Source of the DNA: a virus
Taxonomy: Duplodnaviria; Heunggongvirae; Uroviricota; Caudoviricetes
Virus record (IMG/VR): IMGVR_UViG_3300025602_000002
Location: 38,718 to 102,717 of that record
Direction: 5' to 3' (one strand)
DNA length: 64,000 nt
Both the position numbers and the translations under genes were made by a program. The stretch's first letter is position 1; every line of letters starts with the position of its first letter. The notes below the pieces were generated by a model, which searched no databases, was not told where the DNA came from, and saw only the letters and a program-made list of their open reading frames with translations. This document shows positions 1-10,941 of this stretch, piece after piece.

Positions 1-1069
1 GCATTCTCTCATAATAAGCTGTGCCTGATTGAAATACAAAACTTAATTTACTAGTCGAGTTATCTTCTGCTAGGTTTTCTCCTTTGGCCCAATGGTAGAA
101 GGCTATAGGGCTGTTTGCAGTTCCTATCTCTTTACATTGAAATTCACAAACATTGTTGTATTTTGAGCTTTGAAGTTTTTTACAGGTGATTGGTAAATAG
201 CCCTTTTGTTTATCAGCTCTTACTTTATCCCGCATTTTCTTCAAGTGATACTCGGTAGTTTTTGCATCATAATGATGAAGTTTAGACAGAAATTCTTTTA
301 CAAAATATTCTTCTGCATCCTCTCCCGCATTGATAAATAGATATCCAAAAACTTCTCTTAAGTAATTTGGACAGGTTTTTTGAGTTAAACAATTATCCCA
401 TGAATTTTTTAAAGCCCTACATCTATTTACTATTTGTAAAAAAGAAGTGTCTGGAGTACTAAACTGTTCCAGTTTAGCGTATTTCATGGTATCTAAGTTT
501 AATTCGTCTATAAATTTACTGAATTTTTTAGATTTATGGTGGAAGCCATTAGGTCCTTTTACTAAATTTCCCATATCTTCCATAGTTGGGAGGTCGGATT
601 GTTTAGGAAAAATTTCCCATTCAATACTTTCATGAACCTTATCTAGGCTACTAAAGATATTTTCTAAGCCTTCTTTAACAGCTCCTGCGTCAACTGGATG
701 CTCGAAAAACATCCATACGTGGTAGCCTTTATGCCCCGAATGTTCAATATAAGATGGTATTTCAAATTTAGATAATAGGGCTTGTGCGGCCTGGGCTTGT
801 TCCCAAAGCACTTCTTCCCATTCATCTAATTTAAAATCTGGAGAATTCCAAACATCTTTAATTACATCTATATCTAATACTGCCCATTTTATTGTGTTCT
901 CAATTGGTATCAATTGGTATAGGCCTACTGTCTGCTCCCCTTTTAAATGCGCATTTATTATCTCGTCGTCTATTTCTTCTTTAACCGGAAAATACATACC
1001 CTTAGGGGATTGTACGGAATATATGTCAGCCCGATGAACAAATAATTGTTTAAATACTTTTAAATCCAT
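1..1069 (-). CDS. Archaeo-eukaryotic (AEP/TOTE-type) primase, 3'-truncated by the window edge
   Basis: Not in ORF track. ATG at 1069, frame open towards base 1. MDLKVFKQLFVHRADIY..., WAVLDID, SGHKGYHVW, GNLVKGP match AEP motifs; Cys-rich C-terminal part. Trp codons read are TGG. Confidence 0.75.
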   Translation of the reverse strand, partial: MDLKVFKQLFVHRADIYSVQSPKGMYFPVKEEIDDEIINAHLKGEQTVGLYQLIPIENTIKWAVLDIDVIKDVWNSPDFKLDEWEEVLWEQAQAAQALLSKFEIPSYIEHSGHKGYHVWMFFEHPVDAGAVKEGLENIFSSLDKVHESIEWEIFPKQSDLPTMEDMGNLVKGPNGFHHKSKKFSKFIDELNLDTMKYAKLEQFSTPDTSFLQIVNRCRALKNSWDNCLTQKTCPNYLREVFGYLFINAGEDAEEYFVKEFLSKLHHYDAKTTEYHLKKMRDKVRADKQKGYLPITCKKLQSSKYNNVCEFQCKEIGTANSPIAFYHWAKGENLAEDNSTSKLSFVFQSGTAYYERM

Positions 1070-1081
1070 ATAATGGTATGA

Positions 1082-2566
1082 TTAAAATTTTTGTTCGTTT
1101 CTTAGTGAATTACATTTAAAATTGCAAAATAATCCACATTTTAATTTACCATCAGTAAATAGATCCGCAGACTTAGTTTGTAGAGTTGCCCACGTTTTAA
1201 ATAAATGTTCTTTATCTAAGGGACAGTCAATTTTGTTTATTTTGTAAAAAGCTTTTTTTAGATTAGGTTTCTTATTATAAAGTTTCCCGTATAATACCTT
1301 GTATTCTAAATATCTCTTTACCTCTTTTAAAGCTTTTTCAGGGAATTCAGTATAATTAGATAGTAAAGATTTTAGATCTTCATCGCTAATTTTCAACATA
1401 AATTTCTCTGGGGCTACTACAGCTAAATGGGCATTTATTCTACTACGTAACTGCTCGACTCTCGTCATTTTAATATCTTTCCTACCGGTGCCCCATCTGT
1501 CCGCTATCCGTAAATCTAATAAATCGTGTATGTTATCTTCTCCAACTCTACCAATAAATTTCTTTAAGGAAGCGCTCGATTTGCAAGCTACGATATTAAA
1601 TAAATGATTTTTAACAAGTAAGACTACTTTTTGTGAAAGCTTCTTTGGAAATCCCCATCTGTATAAAATACGTTCAGCTAAAATTGCTCCAACATTTTCA
1701 TGTGAATAAAAATGTAAGCCAGTATCAGTTATAATTTGGGTTTGAGGTTTACCTATATCATGCAATAACGCCGCCAATCTTAATATTAAAGTATTTGGGC
1801 GACCTATTTTTACAGAATCAAGGGCATACATAATATGCCTATCTAAGGTTAAGCCTTCTTTTTTGTTGCTTTGGGGTATGCCGTATGTATGGGTGTACTC
1901 TGGAAGTATTTGATCAGAAATCCCTAACTGTCTTATTGTATTAAAAAAGTTACTTGGAACCTCACTGCGGGTGAACAGTTTTTCTAATTCAGATCGAAGT
2001 TGTTGAGAGTGTACCGTACTTATTTTCAATCGATGCTCTTTTATACTCTTAACTGTTTCCTCCTCTATCTTCCATTCAGATCCTAACAAACTATGAAGTA
2101 CAGCACATCTTAAAATCCTTATTTTAGATTCCAATATTCTAGTTGCACCATCGCCAACAAACTTAATAATTTTATCATGTATGTCACTTATTCCGTTGTG
2201 AAAATCTATCCACTCTTCTGTTATAGGCTCATAGTATAAACTATTAATAGTAAAGTCTCTTGAATTAGAATCTTCTAATAAACTACTTGTAAATTCGTAG
2301 TTATAATATGTATTAGATAATGTTACCTTTTTTAGTGGATATAGTATAAATTTAGTATCATTATATTGTATTGTAATCGAGGTGTCATAGGTGCTAATGG
2401 ATGTTATCCTGGAAGCTAATTTCGTTTTTATTTGTGCTAAAGTGCCTTGTACTGCGATATCCCACTCTGTTGGTATCTTCTGCATGTATAAATCTCTAGC
2501 AGCTCCCCCACAAACCCAAGCTTTGAATCCCATTTTATTTAAAAATCTTATTATATGTTTTTCCAT
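1082..2566 (-). CDS. cca: CCA-adding / tRNA nucleotidyltransferase with HD domain (class II)
   Basis: VCGGAARD, EWDIA, RDFTINS, RILR, LLHDIGKP...FYSHENVGA, LRIADRWG. Confidence 0.85.
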   Translation of the reverse strand: MEKHIIRFLNKMGFKAWVCGGAARDLYMQKIPTEWDIAVQGTLAQIKTKLASRITSISTYDTSITIQYNDTKFILYPLKKVTLSNTYYNYEFTSSLLEDSNSRDFTINSLYYEPITEEWIDFHNGISDIHDKIIKFVGDGATRILESKIRILRCAVLHSLLGSEWKIEEETVKSIKEHRLKISTVHSQQLRSELEKLFTRSEVPSNFFNTIRQLGISDQILPEYTHTYGIPQSNKKEGLTLDRHIMYALDSVKIGRPNTLILRLAALLHDIGKPQTQIITDTGLHFYSHENVGAILAERILYRWGFPKKLSQKVVLLVKNHLFNIVACKSSASLKKFIGRVGEDNIHDLLDLRIADRWGTGRKDIKMTRVEQLRSRINAHLAVVAPEKFMLKISDEDLKSLLSNYTEFPEKALKEVKRYLEYKVLYGKLYNKKPNLKKAFYKINKIDCPLDKEHLFKTWATLQTKSADLFTDGKLKCGLFCNFKCNSLRNEQKF

Positions 2567-2931
2567 TAATAAGCTTCCTCTTCATATAAATGACCATCTT
2601 TATCTGATAGCATCTCGGTCCAGCGAGATGTTGGTCCAAATATAAATGACTTATGTTTAAATCTATGGTAATCGCAAGAACACCAAGCAGAGGTTTTCTG
2701 AAGAGGGGGTTTAAATTTCGTATCGGCATCTACAGCCTTAGAATATTTTCTTTTTAACTGAATATCCGGCACGGTACACCAACCATTTCTAAACATTGTA
2801 CTTCTATAAAAGAAGAATCTACAAGTAAAACAGCAAGCCGTAATTCGAAAATTCGGCCTTTTTAAATCGTTTTCTAATAGTTCTTCTGTGTCTGTTGTAA
2901 AATTATAGGTTGGTTCATAATCTTGTGTCAT
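2566..2931 (-). CDS. Hypothetical Cys-rich protein
   Basis: 121-aa ORF coupled to cca; CCFTC, WC, CSCDYH motifs. Confidence 0.6.
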   Translation of the reverse strand: MTQDYEPTYNFTTDTEELLENDLKRPNFRITACCFTCRFFFYRSTMFRNGWCTVPDIQLKRKYSKAVDADTKFKPPLQKTSAWCSCDYHRFKHKSFIFGPTSRWTEMLSDKDGHLYEEEAY

Positions 2932-2951
2932 ATATTATTTTGGTTTAACTA

Positions 2952-2960
2952 TTAAATATA
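2952..2960 (-). promoter_or_regulatory. Candidate phage promoter element TATATTTAA
   Basis: About 21 nt upstream of ATG 2931; same 9-mer precedes four other operon starts. Confidence 0.4.
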
Positions 2961-2983
2961 TAGCTAAATTTTGTTAACTCCAA

Positions 2984-3217
2984 TTAAAATTTTGGAGAAA
3001 AATTAGTTGCCCCGTCGACAAAAAGAGTTCCATCCTCTCTAGCTGTTGCCCACTCCTCTGGAGTAGTAGGGCGTACTGTAAGAATTCCAGAACAGGAAAC
3101 TATATATTCTTGAGGCTGTATATAACATTTTGCTAATACTTCTCTACGTTCTCTTAATTGTTCTGGGGTCATATTTGCCTCAAGTTCGCTTGCTGTTAAA
3201 TTACGAGATTTGTCCAT
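2984..3217 (-). CDS. Hypothetical protein
   Basis: 77-aa ORF in a contiguous minus-strand operon. Confidence 0.55.
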   Translation of the reverse strand: MDKSRNLTASELEANMTPEQLRERREVLAKCYIQPQEYIVSCSGILTVRPTTPEEWATAREDGTLFVDGATNFSPKF

Positions 3218-3392
3218 AAGAATCCATCTCCAAGTTAAATGTTTTTAATATTTGGCTTTCTATGCTCATTTTATAATCGTCTACTAAATCGCTAGATAAA
3301 AATTTCCCCTCATTGGCTAAATCGTCAGCTAAATTACTTAAAGCCTTATGCTGATTTAGTATTTCTATTAAAGTATCTCTAGTTTTTTCCAT
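3201..3392 (-). CDS. Hypothetical protein
   Basis: 63-aa ORF overlapping both neighbours. Confidence 0.55.
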   Translation of the reverse strand: MEKTRDTLIEILNQHKALSNLADDLANEGKFLSSDLVDDYKMSIESQILKTFNLEMDSYGQIS

Positions 3393-3915
3393 GTTTTAAT
3401 TTACCTATTTTATCTATAGTAATGCCGTTCAAGTGATCTACTTCATGTTGTAAAGCAAATACTACCGGCATAAATTCTCCATATAATTTACTTTCTATTT
3501 CTTCAAACTCTAAATTTACATATGAAATCCAAATATTAGCTCGTCTTTTTACTTTATAAATCTGCCCAGGGCCACTAAGGCACGCTTCTAGCATATCTAC
3601 TTTTTTACCCATAGGTTTTACTATTGGATTTACAGCTACCAACCACCCATCTAAATTTTTTATGGTAATGATTGCGGGGCATTCTGGCCCGTCGGTTTCT
3701 TTATAAATTTGAGTCGCTGCCAATCCTGCGCAATTCGCTTTCATAGATTCGGCAGTCTCAGTTAAATCTCTTACAAAGTTTACAATGTGTTCTGGCCACT
3801 GACGTACGCCTTCTACTGCAGAAGTTAATCCACCAGTCGAGCCTTTTGGTATCTCTACTGGAACCGCCTTTACATTTAGTAAGGGACTTCCAAATTTATT
3901 TATTTCTCTAATCAT
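3379..3915 (-). CDS. def: Peptide deformylase
   Basis: All three PDF motifs: CAGLAATQI, EACLS, QHEVDHLNG. Confidence 0.92.
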   Translation of the reverse strand: MIREINKFGSPLLNVKAVPVEIPKGSTGGLTSAVEGVRQWPEHIVNFVRDLTETAESMKANCAGLAATQIYKETDGPECPAIITIKNLDGWLVAVNPIVKPMGKKVDMLEACLSGPGQIYKVKRRANIWISYVNLEFEEIESKLYGEFMPVVFALQHEVDHLNGITIDKIGKLKHGKN

Positions 3916-5287
3916 CTAAGTCTCCTAATGTTTTATATATTTTACGTCTTGCGTAGTATTGGTACTTAAGAAGATCAACCTTTTTATCTACAAAGTCAAC
4001 TATTATTGCTCCCTTTTTACCATCACTTTTTCTCATAAGTCTTCCAGCTGATTGCCTAATTTTAACTTCTGATCTTATAGGGGCTGCTAAAATAAGAGTG
4101 TCTAAATGTGGTATATCTAGTCCCGTGCTAAAAAGGCCATAAGTAGAAATTACAATTCTAGTTTCTTTTTCTCTTAATTTTTTCATGACAGCTTTACGAT
4201 CTTTTTTCTTCATTTTAGAAGTTAGTTTAACAGACCCTTTAAGCTTTGTTTGTAAGTAATCTACCTGCGATAATCTTAGACATAATATACAAATATAACC
4301 TTTTTCATAATCTTCTTCAATAGTATCTAAAATCAATTGGTTACGATCCGTATCCTCTGAAAGATCATTAATCATCATACCATATTCTTGAGTAGAAAAT
4401 AAAGGAAACGTATATTTAGTAGGTATAATTCGTACATCGGGTGTAACCAATACATCTGCTAATGCGCTATTAGGTACTGTATGTAACTTAGGACCTGTTG
4501 CCCAAAATATAACCTTTGTTAACCCATCTGCTCTTCTAGGGGTTGCTGAAAATCCCCATTTATACTTAGCCTTTAACTGTACCATAGTTTCCATGTAAGT
4601 TTCAGCAGCAACTATATGAACTTCGTCTGCTATAATTTGTCCAAATGTATCATTTATACTATCCCAGCGCTCGTCTTTTAATTTAGCCATAGTTTGGTGT
4701 AAGCCTACACTAATAGGTTTCACATCAAATTTACCATCGCCAATAAATCCTATATCTTTTTTTCTTAAATTTGTGAACTTGGCGATCGCTTCAATAGTTT
4801 GATTAGCTAATTCCATTGTATTAACTAGTACAAGGGTATTCTGTTTATTGTCTACTATCATTTTTACAAATACTACAGTCTTACCACTTCCGGTCATAGC
4901 CTCAATAACTCCACAAGTTTTCCCTATACAGGCATTTACTATATCTTCTTGATAGTTTCTTAGCTTGCCTTTAAATTTTAAGGTAGAGAAAATTGAATCA
5001 GTTTTGTGTGAAAATCTTAAATCTACTATGTTCTTTTTAGAAATCTGTTGTCGGTTGTTTTTAAATATGGTTAAGATTTCATTAAGCGCGCCTACTGGCA
5101 CATACATAGCATCTTCAAGATCTTCAAAGTATTTTAATTGCGACGGCGTTCCCCAGCAAGCAAGTCCCATATCTAATTTTTTATTAAATACAGGGTTACT
5201 GATGGTTAGGTAGTCTCTTACTAATTTTTTGTTGGCTGTTGTCAAGTTTATCAGTTTAGCTTTATTATTCACTTCAATTTTTATCAT
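3908..5287 (-). CDS. Superfamily 2 DExH helicase (UvsW/XPB-like)
   Basis: LRNYQ, AMTGSGKT, IIADEVH, FSATPRRADG, TGLDIP, QSAGRLMR. Confidence 0.9.
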   Translation of the reverse strand: MIKIEVNNKAKLINLTTANKKLVRDYLTISNPVFNKKLDMGLACWGTPSQLKYFEDLEDAMYVPVGALNEILTIFKNNRQQISKKNIVDLRFSHKTDSIFSTLKFKGKLRNYQEDIVNACIGKTCGVIEAMTGSGKTVVFVKMIVDNKQNTLVLVNTMELANQTIEAIAKFTNLRKKDIGFIGDGKFDVKPISVGLHQTMAKLKDERWDSINDTFGQIIADEVHIVAAETYMETMVQLKAKYKWGFSATPRRADGLTKVIFWATGPKLHTVPNSALADVLVTPDVRIIPTKYTFPLFSTQEYGMMINDLSEDTDRNQLILDTIEEDYEKGYICILCLRLSQVDYLQTKLKGSVKLTSKMKKKDRKAVMKKLREKETRIVISTYGLFSTGLDIPHLDTLILAAPIRSEVKIRQSAGRLMRKSDGKKGAIIVDFVDKKVDLLKYQYYARRKIYKTLGDLDD

Positions 5288-5321
5288 AAAAATTAATGGT
5301 TAATCGCTTCGCTTCATTATT

Positions 5322-5330
5322 CTTATACCA
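5322..5330 (-). promoter_or_regulatory. Extended -10-like promoter TGGTATAAG for the minus-strand operon
   Basis: TGnTATAAG upstream of the helicase start; identical copy at 48243-48251. Confidence 0.5.
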
Positions 5331-5373
5331 AAAAATATAGGCAATTATCCTTGGAAAGTTCCACAATGTTGTT

Positions 5374-5382
5374 TATATTTAA
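5374..5382 (+). promoter_or_regulatory. Candidate phage late promoter TATATTTAA
   Basis: TTGTTTATATTTAA 34 nt upstream of the tail operon start. Confidence 0.5.
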
Positions 5383-5415
5383 AATGAAATTAAATTAAAT
5401 TAACCGACGTAAAAT

Positions 5416-5850
5416 ATGAATAATTATTTAGAACAGCTGTTTGATAACGGCTATGTAGAAAAAGAAGTGGATATTATTCCAAAAAAACTTATAGCTATAT
5501 TAAGGACTATTAATGGAGAGGATCAACTAGAAGTTGAACGGAGCATGAGTGTGGTAGAGGGGTCTAGAGCCTATGTATTACATGAGTATAGTATTCGACT
5601 TTTAAGTAGAACTCTAATTGAATATAAAGCTATTAAATTTAAAGATTTTGTAGATGCTGAAACTTATATAAGAAAGCTTCCGTCATTACTTATCGAAAAA
5701 CTAATTTTAGAGCAAAATATTCTTGATAAAGAATTAGCTAACGAACTAAATTTGGAGAGGGTAGAAAAATCTTTTTTCGGACAAAAGCCAGCAGAGCAAG
5801 AGTCAGAGCAATCGTTAGAGGGCTCGACCCCGGGAAAAGAGGATCTTTAA
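5416..5850 (+). CDS. Tail assembly chaperone (short form)
   Basis: 144-aa ORF directly upstream of the tape measure gene, containing a slippery site. Confidence 0.7.
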   Translation: MNNYLEQLFDNGYVEKEVDIIPKKLIAILRTINGEDQLEVERSMSVVEGSRAYVLHEYSIRLLSRTLIEYKAIKFKDFVDAETYIRKLPSLLIEKLILEQNILDKELANELNLERVEKSFFGQKPAEQESEQSLEGSTPGKEDL

Positions 5851-6182
5851 GAGAGTATATAATTCTTAGAGGCTTAGCCGAAGAGGATACATTAAAATTT
5901 TTAGAGACCACCTTGCTGGCTAAATCTCAAATCTTAAATCTTGAGTCGACTTCAGATGTAGAACAGTATAATAATTTACTTAAAAAATATCATCAAGCAG
6001 TAATTTTAGGACAATCAGAACTGAACGGAGACGATAAAACTCTTATCGATTCACAAATGGATAGTTTCAAAACTCATTTTAAAGATAAAAATATAAAAAT
6101 AGAAACTAAAATTCCAATAGATAAAGAACTTGAATTTGAAAATATTGACATTAATAATTTAAAGGCACATTTACAAACATAA
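5772..6182 (+). other. -1 programmed frameshift (T TTT TTC at 5772-5778) giving a ~255-aa long chaperone
   Basis: Heptamer correctly phased; the -1 frame is open 5742-6182 with no start before TTG 5913 and includes track ORF 5913..6182. Confidence 0.75.
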
Positions 6183-6197
6183 TAACGAGACCTCACA

Positions 6198-8624
6198 ATG
6201 GCTGAACAAGAAGTAACCTATAAAGTAAAATTAGATGAGACCGATTTAGCGTCGCAATTATCTAATGTACGAAACCAAATAGATGCGACTATTGGGCAGG
6301 CATTCGCTAGCCCCACAATTCCAAATATTGGTAACATGGATAGCGAAGGTCCTGGATTTTTTAATAGAGCTTGAGAAACTTTTGCAAATCAAGCTTCTAA
6401 CATGTCGCTCGGATTTGACCAGTTTAAGCAAGATGTCAGTAGTATACGAAATGTAATCTCCCCACCTAACCAAGCCCCTTCTTTTCAAATGCCTGACGTC
6501 CCTTGGGGGGCCACAATACCTAATACTGCATGAGGTGAACTGAAAGGTTCTTTAGGATTTGGATATGACCCCACACAACCCATAACTCATGGTGATTTCA
6601 AACAAAGATCATTAGAGGGTCTAGCAGAACGTGTTGGGGACTATAGTGGGAATTTCACATATACTACTTTAGGATCCTCTTTAGGATTTGGAGGTATTAT
6701 TCCAGCAATAGCTGGGATGTCAACTGGACTTATGTTGGACATGACCGCTAATGTGTTTGGCAGTGACATAACTACCCGAGATAATATGGCTAAAGGCTTT
6801 CAAGAATTGGGAAAATATTCTGGAATAAATCTATCTAGAAATGCTGCTAGAGACATAGCTGGAGATTTAGTAGATAGGGTTTCCGGATCAGAATTTAGAG
6901 GAAAAGGGTACTCTCTTGAAGAACTACAATCAAATGTTTTAGACTTTGGAGAAGCTGGAGGCTTTTCTAACGTACATGATGCTCAGGGATTTCAAGAAAC
7001 TGTAAAAGGTTTATTAGACAACGTAAGAACAGTAGCTCACGCTTTAGGTACTTTCCAAGAAGAAGCTGTCCAAATTATGGCTGAATTAGAACAAAGGGGG
7101 ATTGTCGGTACTGCCGATATGGGAACTTATTCTGCAAGAATGGCTGGCGGAGCTAGATTAGCTGGAATGAGCGGTGGAGCCTTTGCTCAAACTATGTTAA
7201 CTGGGGCTGACATGGCCATAGGGACTGGACTTTCTCAACAAATGGGAGCTTCTCTTGCTGGAGATTTAACTGGATACGCCAACCAACTTCTTAAAACTAA
7301 TTTAGGAAGCGAATTAATAACAGATTACGGGGGTGTAGGAGCAGTAGCTAATAAAATGCAACAGCAGCTTATGGGATATACTGGTGGACCCCATGCTTTT
7401 TTACAAACTTTAGGAAATACGTCAGGGCAACCCTTAATTTTAAATACTAATGAATTATATGGGGCTATTGGATCTAATATGAATGACCCCTTTAACTTTT
7501 TTAGAGCTTCTGCCAATCAATCTGCTAATATGAATGACAGAAAATCTTTTGAATTATCGTTAGGAGCCCTTGCTCCCGGTATAACTTTAGCTGACGCTAT
7601 GGGATCTCCAGACCTTGAATCAACAATAGGTATAATTAGCAGACAACAGGGTATCCCGGTACAGGATGTTGAACGTATGCTACTTCAACTTCCTTTTGCA
7701 AAAGAATCTAATATACTTAGTGGGGGTGACGCCTTAACTGAAGTAATTAAATCAAACTCAGATACTGAAACAGCTTTATATAAATTTGTAACCCAAACTC
7801 CAGGAGTGCTAGCAGTACCCTTTAAAGCTGTTGGTAATTTTCTTGCTGAAGGCGCTTCAAAGTTTTCTGATGCTATGGAAGATACAATAACTTCTTTAAA
7901 AGGATATGAAGTATTCAGGCCAAGTTCAGAGGCCAGATCTATGACGGAAGAAGATCTTGAAGAACGTTTAGACAATGCTACAACGATTATGGAGGGGGTA
8001 TCTGTTAGACGTCTAGCCTTACAAGAAAAAAAAGATAGAGCTTCAGGGAGTATAGCTAGAAGTAATCTGTTATTTCAAACTCCTCAACAAGAAAGGAATG
8101 CAAGAGCTGTCTTTAGTGAAAAAGTTATTCTTACAGAGGAAGAGAAATTAGCTGAAAAAGATATAGAACTATATAAAGTTATGATTTCACTTAAAGCTTC
8201 TGATACAGCTGCTATGGCTGAGATATTTCCAGATGATTTTGAAAAAGCTGCTTTTGGAGTAATGCTACGTACGAAAGAAAGATATGATTCTATTAAAGGC
8301 GGAGGATCTATAGATAATATAGAAATAAATTTAGAAGACAAACTTTCAAGACAAGAAGTTGCCAGTACCGTCAATGAGTTATATAGTACAGATAAATTAA
8401 TACAGCAATATTATGACCAACTACCTACTACACTTGTAACACAATTGGAAAAACGTAGAGAGTCTATGAACAATGATGAAAAATTTGCAAATGACTTATC
8501 TGTAATGGGGAACACTATGGAAGAAATGACAAAAAAGAGTACTACAGCCTTACTGAATATCGACCTTAATATTTCAGCATTAGTTTCTAATAAAGACCTA
8601 AACTCTAATGGGAAATCTGGATAA
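6198..8624 (+). CDS. Tape measure protein-like, 808 aa (TGA=Trp)
   Basis: ATG 6198 in frame with track ORF 6717..8624 through TGA at 6372 and 6531; Gly/Ala-rich, helical; follows the frameshifted chaperone. Confidence 0.7.
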
Positions 8625-8626
8625 TA

Positions 8627-10930
8627 ATGCAAGAAACTGTTAGAAATTTATCTAGTTTTGAACTATATCTAGAAGGAATTAAAGTTCCATTTTCTTCGAT
8701 ATCCATTAATGAAGTGGAAGGAGGTCTGCCGTCGGCTAACATGTCCTTCCCACTAGACTCTGGGGCTTTAAAGGTCTTGCCAGGAACTATTGTACAAGTG
8801 TTTGGTCCAAGTTCTAATGGTACTACAGAGAAATTAGTATTGTTATTTGAAGGGGATATTCAAAGCAAAAGTTATAGGAAAACCCCAGTGGGTAGAGATG
8901 TAACAATCAAATGCCAAAGCCTTTTAGCTGGTTTGTTTAAAACCTCCGTCTACTCCCCTACTTCGCTAGTAAGTGATCGTTATATAAATAAAACAGCATC
9001 AGCAAAAGCTTATATCATAAAGCCCGAGAATTTAAATACAGAATCTTCTAATTATAAATTAAATGTTTTAAAAAAAACCGAAGAAGTTTTAGATATTACT
9101 GTTGACGACGTAAATAGTATTAAATTAGATATATTTAAAATTTGAGGACTTTTATGGCAAGCCATCAATAATGATGACAATGTAAAAACTGGTAATTTTA
9201 TAAAATTAACTCATACGCTTAGTACTTATTTTGAAGTATTCGACGTATTATATGGGCTTAATGCACAATCTTTTAGAATAAGTGAATCTATATTTGCTTT
9301 TCCAAACCCTGAAAAAATTAATGCAAATAAATTAGATTTAATGAAAAAAATGATGGGTACCCCTAATATGAGTATTATTGAGTCGCCGCCTATTGGATTA
9401 TCGTCCATTATTTCTCAATTTTATAATCTTTTATTTTATAGAATGTTATACCCTGCAGCCTTTACAAATTCATATTCATTTTATACTACAAACGCTAGTC
9501 AAGTTCCTACAAGAATGTATTTATTACCGGATTTAGATAATTCCCCTCCTGCACTTTGTAACGTATTTTTTCCTAATCAATTAGATTCTCTTAATTTAGA
9601 CATTAATTACCAATCAATACCTACCAGGCTTACAGGCACTAGCACTACTCCTTTAGGAAAATATGAGGGCGTAGCTGGTCCTCTAACTACTTATTTACCT
9701 CACACCGTAGTGCCCTCAAATACTCCAATTTTTAAAGATGAGCTACATGGAGTAGACTCTGGATTTACAGAGGAAGAGCTATATAGGGGGGTTCGTAGTG
9801 AATTGTTTCAAATAAATGGGGATTTAATTTTTACTCTAATTGGCCAAGAAGCTTCTCCCGCATTTACAGAAGACTCTCCTTTTTTAACAGCTTTACATGA
9901 TTTTTCAGTACATGAATTTTCAAGAAAAAAATCTATGGGTAAATCTTGCAGTTTACAAAGTGAGTGGAACCCCCACAGAATGATAGGAGTTCCTGCCTTA
10001 ATTTTTGATATAGGAGCTCCATCTGTGACGGGAGTTATACACTCAATAATAACCTCCATCACTCCTAAATCTATATTTAGCAAAATTAATTTGAGAAACG
10101 CTAGAGTACTATATGATGAAGAATTAGATGGGCCCTTTTCTTCCACATCAACTTCCATTAATACTTTTAATAAATTTATTATTAATAATTTTACCAGCGA
10201 CCCCTATTTACCCATTAATAATCGTTTATATAATGAAGACCTCTATAACTTTGATAAAATAGGAATGGATACTTATAGTTATTTATTATTTGGTAAAGGC
10301 TCAAAAAGGGGTAAATTTTTAGATTTATCTAAAGCCGGAGCTCCTGCTAGTCCTCCATTTGTCAATAATCCTCCGTTTGTTAATTATAACGCTAACTTAG
10401 AAAGCATGAAGACTACTTCTAGAGTTGACCACTCCATTCTTCATTTTTTACGAGACTATTCTACTCCCGATAATTTATTAAAATCAAATGAATTAATAAA
10501 GGAAGATGATTCTTTGTCTGTAACCTATACTAAATATATGTATTTAGCCATTCAAAAAATAAAGAGTTTATATATACAAGCTAGACACTCTAAAACTAAT
10601 CTTCAAAAATTTACTGATAAAATTACTTGAAGAGATTTAATAGATAAGAATTCTTATTTAACATACTTAAACGTTAGCAACACTGGTAATAAAAAAGATT
10701 ATAAAGACCCTGCAACTTTACTTGATAAGGCCAATAATTTAAGGGGGCTTTTAATGGTAAAGTCTGAAGAGGAGGTTAGTACCAAATTTTCTCAATCAAA
10801 GTCTACAAAAGAATGAGTAGAAGCAGAGTTAAGGAAAACTACTTCAGATATGTTTTTACCTTACAATATTACTAGATACGCTCAAGTAATAGAGGCTTTT
10901 AAAACTACATTAAAGTCTGAGGTTGTCTAA
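8627..10930 (+). CDS. Baseplate hub / tail protein, 767 aa (TGA=Trp)
   Basis: Track ORFs 8627 and 9341 join in one frame through 3 TGA and end at TAA 10928; position after the TMP. Confidence 0.55.
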
Positions 10931-10941
10931 GGAGCACAGTA

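Noticed and set aside
447-635. Track ORF 447..635(+) and the many other short antisense ORFs inside long genes (e.g. 4965+, 7685-, 12904-, 33284-, 55031-)
   Set aside because: Opposite-strand shadows of well-supported CDSs.
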